Of a stretch of DNA of 64,000 bases, positions 1-14,529 are shown in pieces. The stretch comes from the human T2T-CHM13v2.0 reference genome, Homo sapiens, in NCBI RefSeq assembly GCF_009914755.1, contig NC_060940.1; one strand, given 5' to 3'. Position 1 is the first letter of the stretch; every line of letters begins with the position of its first letter. The notes under the pieces were generated by a model. The model saw only the letters and a list, made by a program, of their open reading frames with translations. It was not told where the DNA came from and made no database searches. Position numbers and translations under genes: made by a program.

Positions 1-85
1 AAAACTAACACTTTTTAACAGCTAAATAAATTATCAAGGTAGGCTTAAATGTAAAAAATGAAATCAGACAGTATTAGAAAAATTA

Positions 86-414
<329 letters not shown>

Positions 415-732
415 TTAGAGTTGAAAACCCTAGACTAGGCCCTTCAGCACTGGAATCAGATCTAAGTGTATTAGAACAGAAATTTACCAATTAGTTTTCT
501 TCTGATTCCAAGATGATCCTTTGAAATAATTTATCCTCAGGATTTGGCTTACTCACAGAGAACATCCATTTCCTACAGTAAGGTGACTCTCAAATAAAAT
601 GAAAGTGAGCTACAGGAATCTAACAACCCCTCAAAAATCTTCCGGAATCTAATCAACACCAAATAGGAGGAAGGGCCATTGGTCAGTTCATTTGCAGAGA
701 TTTTATTACATATCTTTGTCCTACAAGTTTCA

Positions 733-1046
<314 letters not shown>

Positions 1047-1310
1047 AAGTTTCAGACCAAAGTGCCACCTTGGTTTTTAGTTCTTTGTTCTGAGCTAAGC
1101 ATATTAGCTTTTATTTTTATACGTTCTTGTTGTTTATCTTCTACATTTCTTTTTCATGCTCCCATCTTGTGGAAGATCCCTCTTGTGCAGATTTGGATGC
1201 TAGACCTGCAAGCGAGAGAGTGAGTGGCTCCTTGAAGATATTGGCAGTCCATGGAGAGTTAGCATGTGTGGAGTTTGGGCTCTAGTGCCTTGTTTTCTAA
1301 AGATGGTGTT

Positions 1311-1736
1311 TGGTATAGTTTGGATATGTGTCCCTGCCCAAATCTCATGTTGAAATGTAATCCCCAGTGGTGGAGGTGGGGCCTGGTGGGAGGTGACTGG
1401 ATCATAGGGGCGGAGTTCTCATGAATGATTTAGCACTATGCCCTTGGTGCTGTCCTTGTGATAGTGAGTGAGTCTTCCTGAGATCTGGTTGTTTAAAAGG
1501 ATGTGGCTCCTCCCCGCTCTCTCTCTTGGTCCTGCTCCTGCCATGTGATGTGACTGCTTCCCCTTCAACTTTGGCCATAATTGTAAGTTTCCTGAGGCCT
1601 CCCCAGAAGCTGAGCAGATGCCAGCATCATGCTTCCTGTACAGCCTGCAGAACCATGAGCCAATTAAACCTCTTTTCTGTATAAATTACCCAGTCTCAGC
1701 TATTTCTTTATAGCAAGGTGAGAACAGCCCAACGCA
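1311..1736 (+). mobile_element. MaLR solo LTR (MSTB-like)
   Basis: TGGTATAGTTTGGATATGTGTCCC...ATTAAACCTCTTTTC...CA; TSD gtgtt/gtgtg. Confidence 0.85.
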
Positions 1737-1976
1737 GTGTGCCAGCACTGTTCTCTTCCCCTCTTTTCACTCCGCACACAAAAGTTCTGCAATTCTGTGA
1801 ATTTACTGTGTTTTTGTTCAAGTGTCTTAGCAACTTCATTCAGAATTTCAACATGCCATTTTAATCTGCTTCTCCCTCCCAAGCCTGTTACCTTGAAGTA
1901 GTAATTAACTGTCCTCATGCTTTTTCTTATTTTACTTGCTTGTCATTGATGGTGTTCTGAGCTACTCTTCCCTTGA

Positions 1977-2372
<396 letters not shown>

Positions 2373-2490
2373 CTACTTCATTTCAAATATTTAATTTTGG
2401 GTCTTTTCCAACATAGATTGAAACTTTTTTGCATATTTATTAGCTTTAATAATGTAAATGTGGTCTCATACTGGGTAGAATTATCTTATT

Positions 2491-3018
2491 TGTTGCTCCT
2501 CGTACAAACTTCTCTGATCCCTGCCAGGCGAGGTATCAGAGCCCCAGCAATGGCAAGTGGCTGGCTTGCAGGTGGTAAAAAAGAATTTACAGTATAGGTT
2601 TGAAAAGGAAAGTTTTATTAGATAGAAAGAACACTGCAGGAGAGGGCAGTGAGGCACTTCAGCAAGAGAGGACTGAGCGTGCTGGTGGATTTTCCTTAGG
2701 GGTATTTATGGACCTTAAAGCAGGAGCTTAAGGGTAATGTGGACCACATTAGCAACGTAGGTCATGAAAAATGATCACATTTGTAGACATTTTAGTGCCT
2801 TGATGTCAGCAAGAGATGCACAATGAGTTTCAACGTGCATGGATTTCGGAGATGTATAGAACTCCTAGTTACTTATAAATTTAGGGGGAAGAAGTCTGGT
2901 ACCAGATGCCAGCTTTAGATAATAGGCAAGTCTAATTACTTTCTAATTCCTCAGACAGGGAGTTTTGCCTCCAGATGGTCTGCCTGATGGCCACCAGGTG
3001 ATCTTTGCTCTCCTCCAT
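2491..3018 (-). mobile_element. ERV1 LTR (MER50-like)
   Basis: Minus strand reads GAGAGCAAAGATCACCTGGTGGCCATCAGGCAGACCATCTGGAGGCAAAACTCC. Confidence 0.6.
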
Positions 3019-4187
3019 CATTATTACTGTCGTCATTTTTGAACCAGACCATATTCTGGCATCAAGAGGGAAGAAAAATTAACAATCTCCAACCATTTGA
3101 AGAGCCTGACTCTGTCCTGAATATTGAACTGCACTCTGAACAGCAGCTACATTTACTTGGCACAATGGTGACATCTAGTGTCAGCGGGATAAATTTCAGC
3201 TAGCTCTGCGATTTACCAGAAATTTAAGCACAGGGTCTCAGTGCCTCAGGATCCTCACCTCAACTTCCTTCAGGGCCAAGAAAATGTTTCCTTCCAATTT
3301 GTAATTTGCCTTTGGATTTTCTTAACAATTGCTCTTTAATTTTATACATTATTGGGTTTAAAATTAATGTACAATAGACCAGAGATGTTTAGAGTGTACA
3401 ATATGATGAGTTTTTGACCAGCAGAGAACAAAATAGAAAAATAAAAAAAACCCTTGTCCTCATAGAGCTTACATTCTTAATGGCCAAAATTATGTCACAT
3501 GGCTGCTCCTAACAGCAGAGGAATCTGTAAGGCAAGTTTTTTTACTTTCTTGCTTCCATAGTAGGAAGAAGATGGAAAGGGGGGGTTTGCGTGAGCCCAT
3601 CTACAATTCCTGCCACAGTGAGACAGAGAAGCACTCAAATTACATAAGTGCTTATATACAGCAGTTAAGGTTAAAGCATGTTTCAGAAGTATCGACATGC
3701 GTGTTCTTTACATCCGCCCTATTTATTATTATTACTACTATTATTATTAACTTAGATGCCTTCTTATGTGATGACATGTAAATAGATCCTCTAGCACAAG
3801 ACCTTGATCCACAGAGGACCTCCAGTCAATGATAGACATTATCTTAGCACCAATAACGTACGCCCTGTGGTTTTCTAATGTTGCTTAGAGCTTTCATTAT
3901 TTGCATACCTTGTTCGCTGTAAAGGTTCTCTGTCTACTATAAGCTCATCTGGCTCATGACACCCTTCATCTGGCTCATCAAGGTGTTCACAGCCTGTTTG
4001 TTTTCCAAACTCCCCTTGATGGAGAGAAACAGATGTCTACTAGACAGGATGAGTGGGTCCACTCATCTGGCTCAGAATATATCCATTCTTACTGAATCAA
4101 TATTATATCACAGTTTATAAAAATGTACTCCAAAATTTCTGGGACTTACCACCAGGCTACGCTTTCCAAGGGAAAATCCATCAGAGC

Positions 4188-4576
4188 ACTGGTTCTCAAA
4201 CTTGGCTGCACATTGGGATCACCTAGGAAGTTTTTTAAAAAAACATAGTGCCTAGGACCCACCCCGCAAAACAGTGATTCTCAACTAGGTGGTTTGCCCC
4301 ACTACTAGAAATACATGGATATGTCTTTTGGTCAGTACAACTAGGTAAGTGTGCTACTGGCATCTAGTGGGTAGAGCCCAAGGGTGCAGTTAAACAACCC
4401 ACAATGCACAGGACAGCTCCTACAGCAAAGAATTATCTCGTCCCAAATGTCTATAGAGCCAAGGTGGAGAAACCCTGTCCAAAGATACAAATATCCATAT
4501 GCATTCAGCCTGGGTGTGGGATTTTTGAAACCTCCCCAGGTGATTATTCTAGGCAGTAAAGCTTGAGAACCACTGC
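4188..4576. mobile_element. MER5A with nested MER20 (about 4272-4477)
   Basis: hAT-Charlie termini GGTTCTCAAACTT...TTGAGAACCACTG; MER20 core GCTACTGGCATCTAGTGGGTAGAG. Confidence 0.7.
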
Positions 4577-5136
4577 TAGAGACATGTTCCTAGAGAACAT
4601 TCAATCATATGGCTAAATTCCTCTCAACCCCTTGCCATTGAGCTTGAACTGAAAATTTTCCATTTCTTCTTGTTTGATTTGGGAGTTGTTTGTTTGGGAG
4701 GTGAGGGTGGTTGGAAGGAGGAAGAGCTAGTTGCTTTTGTGAGAAAGCCTAGGTTTCCCACAACATGCTAGAATGGGTATCTCTGTAAATAGAAGTCTAG
4801 CTGTTATTATTCACCTTGTGAGTTGGCCTCCCCGGCATAGCTCAAGAGGATCATTAACCACTGTCAAACACACATGTCCTGGGGTACGGGTCACTAGGAA
4901 TTACATGTGGGAGAAGCAACTCCTTTGCAAATGAGCACTCCCTAATGTTTCACAGAATGACAGCTTCTCCCACTAGGGACCTCCCAGGAAGGGCCACTGC
5001 AGTTGTGAAACTCTAGGGGGAACCAGTCACATAGAACACAATGTGAACGATGCTCCCAGGCTTCATGGCCCTCAAAGTTAATTTTACATTCACCAGAATG
5101 CCTAGCCTTTTAAATCAGTCCCATATATACATACAA

Positions 5137-5420
5137 AGAGAGGGTGTCTCACTCTATTGACCAGGCTGGAGAGTGGTGGCACCATCACCGCTCACTGCAG
5201 CCTTGACCTGCTGGGCTAAAGCAGTCCTCCTGCCTCAGCCTTGCGAGTAGCTGGGACTACAAGTGCATGCCACCATGCCTGGCTAATTTTTTAATTTTTC
5301 TGTAGACCCAGGGTTTCACCATATTTCCCAGACTAGTCTTGAACTCCTGGCCTTAAGTGATCCTCCCACCTCAGCCTCCTAAAGTGCTGGGATTACAGGC
5401 ATGAGCCACCGTGCCTGGCC
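5137..5420 (-). mobile_element. AluJ
   Basis: Alu consensus. Confidence 0.85.
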
Positions 5421-6673
5421 CAGTCCAGGCTACATGAAATATTTAAATATTTTGCCTACGTGAAAATATTCCACTAGCTCTCCATATGTACTTTGACATT
5501 TATTTATATTATCTCAGATAATGCTAGGATAATATATGTTACTCTCTATATATGTATATATACACACTATATGTATACATGCGTATTTATAGATAATATT
5601 TAAAATTTGTAATGCAAATAGTGTCGTATTTTACAAGCCAACCTACAACTTGCTTTTTTCACTTAACACTCTATATTACCCACTTAGCATGCCCAGATAT
5701 GTAGATATATGTTATTCCTCTAACAGCTGCAGAATATTACATTGCATGGACTTGATTTTAAAGAATAGTTGCATATTAGATGTAAGTGGAATGAACATGG
5801 GCATTTCCTGAGCCCCATAACATGACACTGAAAGGACAAAAAGGCTGCAGATTCACAAGGACAAGAGAGTGAGAAAGGAGACAAACGCAGATGAGAGATG
5901 TTCACAGTGTTTCGGTGATACCAGGAAGCAAGCTGATTCACCCAGTGGAAAGGCTCAGGGATCGGGCATCAGAGACTTCACAAGGCAGAGGCGAGCCATG
6001 TGACAGACGTATAAGGATCAATTGGACCCACCGATCTCATTCCCACCTGCAAAGCCCAAAGACCTCTCCTCCCAAACTTTGCAATATAGGAGCTTTATTC
6101 TCTGGGGAAAACACCAGCAGAGGGCCAGATGGAGACAGTGGATTTAAAACAAGGAGATGATTAAAAGTGTGCATGCTGAACAAACATCACAAGGCGTTGC
6201 CACTGCCCCAGCTCCATTCTCCCACCTGGCTCTCAAAACATTATCAAGCAGGCTTATACTGTCTGCAGAGGAGCCTTAGAGGCAGTGAATAACCCCAGAT
6301 AAACCTACAAAACATCTGGGGTAAGGGTCTATCAGCGAAAAAAAAAAAAAAAATGCCATAGTCTCACAATTTCTTCTTTACCACAGAGGACTGGGTGTGA
6401 TTCTAGGACCCCAAACACAGCCATGCCTACAGGTAGCACAAACATAATAGAAATGACAAGGAAGAAGAGAATTTCTAGAAATAATGATCAAGAGCATCGG
6501 GGATATTTAGCACTAAAACTAGTGATCCAAGGGACATGCTGGTAGGAGGTCATGGGGAACCATGGAGAATGTCAGACTGAGATGGGCAGGGATGAGGGCA
6601 GAGCAGGAGCAGCACCCAAGATGTCTACCTCTTAATTCCATCAAGGAGACAAGAGGGACTCGACAGAGCCATC

Positions 6674-6790
6674 ATGGGACAGAGATCAACAGTGACCAAC
6701 CTGATTCAGCAGCCATCTGGTGTACCTACTATGGGACAGAGATCAACAGTGACCAACTTGATTCAGCAGCCACCTGGTGTACCTACTATG
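6674..6790 (+). repeat. 57-bp tandem duplication (2 copies, 2 mismatches)
   Basis: ATGGGACAGAGATCAACAGTGACCAAC(C/T)TGATTCAGCAGCCA(T/C)CTGGTGTACCTACT x2. Confidence 0.95.
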
Positions 6791-7149
6791 CGCCAGATTC
6801 CGTGTTAGGGAGCACGTACGGATATAGGAGTAGGATGCTGTCCAATGATCTAACAATGCACCTGTGGAGATTGCCACTCACGGTGTTCTCCGCTTTCCTA
6901 GAGTCTGGAGACTCTCTCTTCTTACTTTCACAGCTCTTTGGCCATCCACAAATCCATTTGCCCACACGCTTCCTGGTTCCTTCACTTTCCTCCAGCCTGA
7001 CACAGACGTGTCTTTCCTGGTGCACTCCCACTAAAGAATGTCTGCGAGGATAGAAGGTCCCTTCTGGTTGTCATGACAAACCAACAAACTAGCATGGGAA
7101 ACACTCACTGTGTGCAAGGGACTCACTTTGGCATTCAAACTTCATCGTA

Positions 7150-7315
7150 CAGAATAAAGAAAATGTGGTTCATCTATGCCATGGAATACTACACAGCCAT
7201 AAAAAGGAATGAGATCATGTCTTTTGCAGCAACATGGATAGAGCTGGAGGCCATTATCCTAAGCAGATTAACACAGGGACAGAAAACCAAATGCCGCATG
7301 TTCTCACTTACAAGC
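7150..7315 (+). mobile_element. L1 ORF2 C-terminal fragment
   Basis: IKKMWFIYAMEYYTAIKRNEIMSFAATWIELEAIILS. Confidence 0.85.
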
Positions 7316-7425
7316 CATGGTCTGCAACCTTTTTTTGCTTTCATACCCATTAAAACAGTTTCATTAAAAAATTAGTTTAGGTAGTCATGGCCATCAAACA
7401 CATGAAAAGATGCTCAATGTCGTTA

Positions 7426-7762
<337 letters not shown>

Positions 7763-7955
7763 AGAGATACTATTTCACACCCACTAGATCAGCCATAATT
7801 AAAATGGAAAATAACAAGAGTTGTGGAGAATGTGGGGAAATTGGAAACCTTGTGCATCACTGGTGGAAACGTAAAATAGTGCAGTCACTGTGGGAAAGTT
7901 TGGTGGTTCCTCAAAACGTTAAGCATAAAATTACCAGCAATTCCACTGCTAGGTA

Positions 7956-8477
7956 CATAGTAGTTCCCCCTTATCCTCAGGGGATAGGTTCCAAGACCCA
8001 CAGTGAATACCTGAAATCGTGCATCGTACCAAATCCTATGTACACCATGTTTTTTTCCTATACATACATACCTACAATAAGGTTTAATTTATAAATTAGG
8101 CACAGTAAGAGATTAACAACAATGATAAAATAGAACAATAATAATAATATGCCAGTATCACTACTCTTGCATTTTGGGGCCATTAAATAAGGGTTACTTG
8201 AATACAAGCTCTGCAATGTGATAACAGTTGATCTGATATCTAAAACAGCTACCAGGTGACTGACAGGTGGGTAGCATCGACAGTGTGGAAATGCTGAACA
8301 AAGGTGTGACTCACGTACCAGGCAGGACAGAGCGGGACAGGGAGAGGTTGCATCACACTACTCAGAATGACATGCAATTGAAAACCCAGGAATTGTTTAC
8401 TTCTGGAATTTTCTGTTTAATATTTTTGGGCCATGGATAACCAAGGATAACTGAAATAGCAGAAAGGCGGAATACTG
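7956..8477. mobile_element. TcMar-Tigger element (MER44/Tigger7-like)
   Basis: Termini CATAGTAGTTCCCCCTTATCC ... GGCGGAATACTG; TA context. Confidence 0.7.
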
Positions 8478-9788
8478 TGTACCGAAAAGAACTGAAAACA
8501 GGTATTCAAACAAACACCTTGTAGAGGAATGTTTGTTGCAGCAGCACCAGTCTCAATAGTGAAAAGATGGAAACAGCCCAAATGTCCATCAACTGATGAA
8601 TAAATACAATGTGGTGTATTCATACAATTGAATATTATTCAGCCATAAGAAGGAACAAAGTACTGAAACATGCTACAATGCAATGAACCTTGAAAACATT
8701 ATGCTAAGCGAAAGAACCCAGACAGAAAGGGCCACGTGCTGCATGATTTCACTTATACAAAATGTTCAGAACAAATAAATCTATAAAGACAGAAAACAAA
8801 CAAGCAGTTGGGGGGTGGTGGGGGGTGTGGCAGAATGGAGAGTAACTGTTTCATGGGTACAGAGTTTCCTTTTGAGGTGATGAAAATGTCTCAGAAATAA
8901 GAGATCGTGGTTGTACAAAGTTGTGAATGTACTAATGTCACAAATTGTAAACTTTGAAATAGTTAATGGTTAATTTTATGTTATGTGAATTTTACTCAAT
9001 TAAAAAAATCCATAAAAGAAAATAAACCCAGATCCCCTAATATGTTTTTAGCTAATATTTAATATTTTCAAACATAAGTGTAAATAGTTGCAAAGGATGT
9101 AATTTAAAATAAAACTGTTACATCAATCTTTTAAATATAGCCGTACAATCTTAATGCACTATTAATTTCAGACTTGATCGCCTATTTTAAAAAATATATG
9201 AACAATCTTTTCTTTAACAGTCGTTTTAACTTGTCATTCCTTTTCCTCCTTGAAATTATGTTTCCATTACACTTCTCCACAAACTTTCAAACTTGTATAA
9301 TTTTTTAGGTTTGAAAGTTTTCTCCCAATTATCTTATCATATATAAAATATGTATATAATTTAAATTAGAAACTTTAAAAAACTCTACTGACACCAAAGT
9401 CTTCAAATAGTGGAAACTTATTCTGGATTGGTTATTATTATTGCTATTAGTATATAACTGATCAAAACAACATAAATATTACAAGTTTTGATAAATAACA
9501 TAAATAATTATTAAACACAAAAATAAAAAATTTGTTAAAAATACAGATGTTTTAATAGATTGGGTGGGGCTTTTTTCTGTTTATTCACACATTTGTGGAT
9601 AAATATTACACTAGAATGAGAGTTCAGCATAAACTCTATTTTTAAATTTTGTTTCTAGAAATATAAGCACTGTTTACACAAACAAGAAGATAGAAATGGA
9701 GAGTTTTGAGATATCAGTGTCAGTCACTCAATCCTTTTGAGTTTTATGCCCCAAATCACACAGTTGTTAATCATTAAAAAAAAATCTC

Positions 9789-10062
9789 TTTTTTTAAGAC
9801 AGAGTCTCTCCTGCTGTCACCCAGGCTAGAATGCAGTGGTGCTCACTGTAACCTCAAACTCCTGGGCTCAAGCGATTCTCCCATCTCAGACTCCCAAGTA
9901 GCTGGGACTACAGGCACATACCACCACGCCCGGCTAATTTAAAAAGGTTTTTCTGTAGAAACAGGGGTCTTACCCAGGCTGGTCTCCAACTCCTAGCCTC
10001 AAGTGACTCTCCCACCTCCACCTGCCAAAGCACTGGGATTACAGGCCTGAGCCACCACACCC
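9789..10062 (-). mobile_element. AluJ
   Basis: Alu consensus. Confidence 0.85.
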
Positions 10063-11103
10063 CTCCTCAAAAATTTATCTTTAGTGATCTATCAGCTCAT
10101 GGCTAGGTTAGGTATTCTTTCAATGCATTAATTTGTTTTTTAGGTTTGTTTTTACTTATTCTTTAATTTTTTATACTGACAAGCTCAAGTCTACACAAAT
10201 ATAGAAGAATAAAAAGAATCCCTATGTGCCCATCACCAGCATCAACAATGTTATCATCAACCCATGGCCAATCTTGTTTCATCTCTACCTTTCCCATCTC
10301 CTCTCCACCTCACACCACTTCATCACTGCTGGACTGTTTTGAAGCAAATCCCAGGTTACACACTTTTACTTCACCTGTAAATACTTCTATATATATCTCT
10401 CTTAAAAATAAGGATGTTTTGAAAACATAACTTATAAACCAGTACACCTAAGAAATGCAAGTCATTCAATATCCATCTAATGTGCAAATTTCCCCTAATT
10501 GTCTCACACATATTTTTGTTTTGGTTTGGTTTAGATTTTAGTGTTGGTTTTTCTTCTCTTTCTTTTCTTTTCTTTTTTAGTGTTGGTTTTTTAACTCAAG
10601 ATCCTAACGAGGCCCACAAATTGCATTTGGCTGATATTTCTCTTAAGTCTCTTTGCATCTCCTTGGCTTACTGTTTAACATGCTCTTCTGGCCTCTGAAT
10701 TTCCTGAAAATTGATCTTTAGATCTCAAGACTTGGTCAGATTCAGATTTTATACTTTGGCAAGAATCCTTCACAGATGGTATGTGCAGTGGGTTCAGTGT
10801 TATTATCTTTCCATCTAATGGTTTTAGCAGCTATCAATGACACAACCTGGATCCATCATTATGAAATGGAGTTCCTCTTCAATTTTAATGAAAGCCAGTA
10901 AATGGAAACCTGCAGAAGAATTTGTTCCCTAGTTGTCAGAGTCACCACTCTCTTAATTTTTAGAAACTAGTATACTCAACTTCAGAAATTATCATTATTA
11001 TATTAATTAGTTATTGATTTTGAGACTTACTTTATTAATTAGACTTATTAATTATTAATTTTGAGGCAGGTAATTATAATTAATTATACTGGTTATTCTT
11101 TCT

Positions 11104-11396
11104 TTTTTTTTTTTTTGAGACAAGGTCTTGTGTATCACCCAGGCTGGAGTGCAGTGCAGTGGCACAATCATAGCTCACTGTAGCCTTGAACTCCTGAGCT
11201 CAAGTGATTCTCCTGCCTCAGCCTCCCAAGTAGCTAGGACTACAGGCATGCACCACCATGCCCCATTAAATTGTCTTATTTTTATTTTTGTAGAGATGGG
11301 GTCTTACTATGTTGTCCATGCTCACCTTGAACTCCTAGCCTCAAGCAGTCTTCCCACCTCAGTCTCCCAAAGCACTAGGATCACAGTGCATCAGCC
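11104..11396 (-). mobile_element. AluJ
   Basis: Alu consensus. Confidence 0.85.
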
Positions 11397-11678
11397 TGCT
11401 ATTATTCTTTCACTTAAGATACACCTTGTTTAACTTGTTGATAATACTCAAAAACTACTGGAAAATCAAAATATTTATATCAAACCACCATCACCAATTT
11501 AATATTTTTTCAATAAAAATATTTTTATCTCATCCTATGTTTTAAATACATTCTTGTTAAAAAGCCTTGGAAATCTATTTCATTTCACCTATGAAAAATA
11601 CCCACCATATAACCTAATTGGACACTCTGATCCTCATTTTCAAACCAATAAAATAATCAGAGTTAATTTCTCTCCGAA

Positions 11679-11730
11679 TTTTTTTTTTTTTTTTTGAGAT
11701 GGAGTTTCAGTCTCGTTGCCCAGACTGGAG
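11679..11730 (-). mobile_element. Alu 3' terminal fragment with poly(A), fused to L1 ORF2
   Basis: T17 + GAGATGGAGTTTCAGTCTCGTTGCCCAGACTGGAG directly joined to L1. Confidence 0.85.
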
Positions 11731-14529
11731 CTCTAGTTTGATTGCACTGTGGTCTGAGAGACAGTTTGTTATAATTTCTGTTCTTTTACATTTGCTGAGA
11801 ACTGCTTTACTTCCAACTATGTGGTCAATTTTGGAATAAGTGCGATGTGGTGCTGAGAAGAATGTATATTCTGTTGATTTGGGGTGGAGAGTTCTGTAGA
11901 TGTCTATTAGGTCTGCTTGGTGCAGAGCTGAGTTCAATTCCTGGATATCCTTGTTAACTTTCTGGCTCATGGATCTGTCTTATATTGACAGTGGGGTGTT
12001 AAAGCCTCCCATTATTATTGTGTGGGGGTCTAAGTCTCTTGTAGGTCTCTAAGGACTTGCTTTATGAATCTGGGTGCTCCTGTATTGGGTGGATATATAT
12101 TTAGGATAGTTAGCTCTTCTTGTTGAATTGATCCCTTTACCATTATGTAATGGCCTTCTTTGTCTCCTTTGATCTTTGTTGGTTTAAAGTCTGTTTTATC
12201 AGAGACTAGGATTGCAACCCCTGCCTTTTTTTGTTTTCCATTTGCTTGGTAGATCTTCCTCCATCCCTTTATTTTGAGCCTATGTGTGTCTCTGCACGTG
12301 AGATGGGTCTCCTGAATACAGCATAGTGATAGGTCTTGACTCTATCCAATTTGCCAGTCTGTGTCTTTTAATTGGAGCATTTAGCCCATTTACATCTAAG
12401 GTTAATATTGTTATGTGTGAATTTGATCCTGTCATTATGATGTTAGCTGGTTATCTTGCTCATTAGTTGATGCAGTTTCTTCCTAGCATCGATGGTCTTT
12501 ACAATTTAGCATGTTTTTGCAGTGGCTGGTACCGGGTGTTCCTTTCCATGTTTAGTGCTTCCTTCAGGAGCTCTTGTAAGGTAGGCCTGGTGGTGACAAA
12601 ATCTCTCAGCATTTGCTTGTCTGTAAAGGATTTTATTTCTCCTTTTCTCCTTCACTTATGAAGCTTAGTTTGGCTGGATATGAAATTCTGGGTTGAAAAT
12701 GCTTTTCTTTAAGAATGTTGAATACTGTCCCCCACTCTCTTCTGGCTTGTAGAGTTTCTGCTGAGAGATCCACTGTTAGTCTGATGGGCTTCCCTTTGTG
12801 GGTAACCCGACCTTTCTATCTGGCTGCCCTTAATATTTTTTCCTTCATTTCAACTTTGCTGAATCTGAAAATTACGTGTCTTGGAGTTGCTCTTCTCGAG
12901 GAGTATCTTTGTGGTGTACTCTGTATTTCCTGAATTTGAATGTTGGCCTATCTTGCTAGGTTGGGGAAGTTCTCCTGGATAATATCCTGAAGAGTGTTTT
13001 CCAACTTGGTTCCATTCTCCCCATCACTTTCAGGTACACCAATCAAAAGTAGATTTGGTGTTTTCACATAGTCCCATATTTCTTGGAGGATTTGTTTGTT
13101 TCTTTTTACTCTTTTTTCTCTAAACTTCTCTTCTCGCTTCATTTCATTCATTTGATCTTCAATCACTGATACCCTTTCTTCCACTTGATCGAATTGGCTA
13201 CTGAAGCTTGTGCATGTGTCACGTAGTTCTCATGCCATGGTTTTCAGCTCCATCAGGTCATTTAAGGTCTTCTCTATGCTGTTTATTCTACTTAGCCATT
13301 CATCTAATCTTTTTTCAAAGTTTTTAGCTTCTTTGCAATGGGTTCGAACATCCTCCTTTAGCTCGGAGAAGTTTGTTATTACTGAAGCCTTCTCTCAACT
13401 CGTCAAAGTCATTCTCCGTCCAGCTTTGTTCTGTTGCTGGCCAGGAGCTGTGTTCCTTTGGAGGAGAAGAGGCGCTCTGATTTTTAGAATTTTCAGCTTT
13501 TCTGCTCTGGTTTTTCCCCATCTTTGTGGTTTTATCTACCTTTGGTCTTTGATGATGGGGATGTACAGATGGGGTTTTGGCATGGATGTCCTTTCTGTTT
13601 GTTAGTTTTCCTTCTTACAGTCAGGACCCTCAGCTGCAGGTCTGTTGGAGTTTGCTGGGGGTCCACTCCAGACCCTGTTTGCCTGGGTATCACCAGCATA
13701 GGCTGCAGAACAGCAATTACTGCAGAAAGGCCAATGTTGCTGCCTGATCCTTCCTCTGGAAGCTTCATCTCAGAGGGGCACCCAGCTGTATGAGGTGTCA
13801 GTCAGCCCCTACTAGGAGGTGTCTCCCAGTTAGGCTACTCAGGGGTCAGGGACCCACTTGAGGAGGCAGTCTGTCCGTTCTCAGATCTCAAACTCCATTC
13901 TGGGAGAACCACTACTCTCTTCAAAGCTGTCAGACATGGACATTTAAGTCTGCAGAAGTTTCTGCTGCCTTTTGTTCAGCTATGCCCTGCCCTCAGAGGT
14001 GGAGTCTACAGAGACATGCAGGCCTCCTTGAGCTGCAGTGGGCTCCCCGCAGTTCAAGCTTCCCAGCCACTTTGTTTACCTACTCAAGCCTCAGCAATGG
14101 TGTACGCCCCTCCCCGAGCCTTGCTGCCGCCTTGCAGTTCAATCTCAGACTGCTGTGCTAGAAATGAGCGAGGCTCCATGGGCGTGGGACCCTCTGAGCC
14201 AGGTGTGGGATATAATCTCCTGGTGTGCCATTTGCTAATACCATTGGAAAAGCACAGTATTAGGGTGGGAGTGTCCCGATTTTCCAGGTACCGTCTGTCA
14301 TGGCTTCCCTTGGCTAGGAAAGGGAATTTCCCGACCCCTTGCGCTTCCCGGGTGAAGTGATGCCCCGCCCTGCTTCAGCTCACATTCTGTGGGCTGCACC
14401 CACTGTCTGACAAGCCCCAGTGAGATGAACCGGGTACCTCAGTTGGAAAAGCAGAAATCACCTATCTTCTGCATCGCTCATGCTGGGAGCTGTAGACTGG
14501 AGCTGTTCCTATTCAGCCATCTTGGAACC
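11728..14529 (-). mobile_element. L1PA (older primate L1) 5' portion: complete 5'UTR, disrupted ORF1, ORF2 endonuclease fragment; 3'-truncated
   Basis: 5' end GGTTCCAAGATGGCTGAATAGGAACAGCTCC. ORF1 peptides MGKNQSRKAENSK and ENTLQDIIQENFPNLAR. ORF2 peptide DLIDIYRTLHPKSTEYTFFS...SDHSAIKLEL. Confidence 0.95.
14097..14360 (+). CDS. L1 ORF0 homologue (antisense in L1 5'UTR), 87 aa, open
   Basis: MVYAPPRALLPPCSSISDCCARNERGSMGVGPSEPGVGYNLLV...IRVGVSRFSR matches ORF0. Donors at 14202/14203 and 14287/14288. Expression unknown. Confidence 0.55.
   Translation: MVYAPPRALLPPCSSISDCCARNERGSMGVGPSEPGVGYNLLVCHLLIPLEKHSIRVGVSRFSRYRLSWLPLARKGNFPTPCASRVK

Noticed and set aside
6674-6790. CRISPR-like repeat
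   Set aside because: Two abutting copies, no spacers, eukaryotic context.
8990-11660. AT-rich blocks possibly from an ancient hAT transposon
   Set aside because: Could not identify termini or a family confidently.
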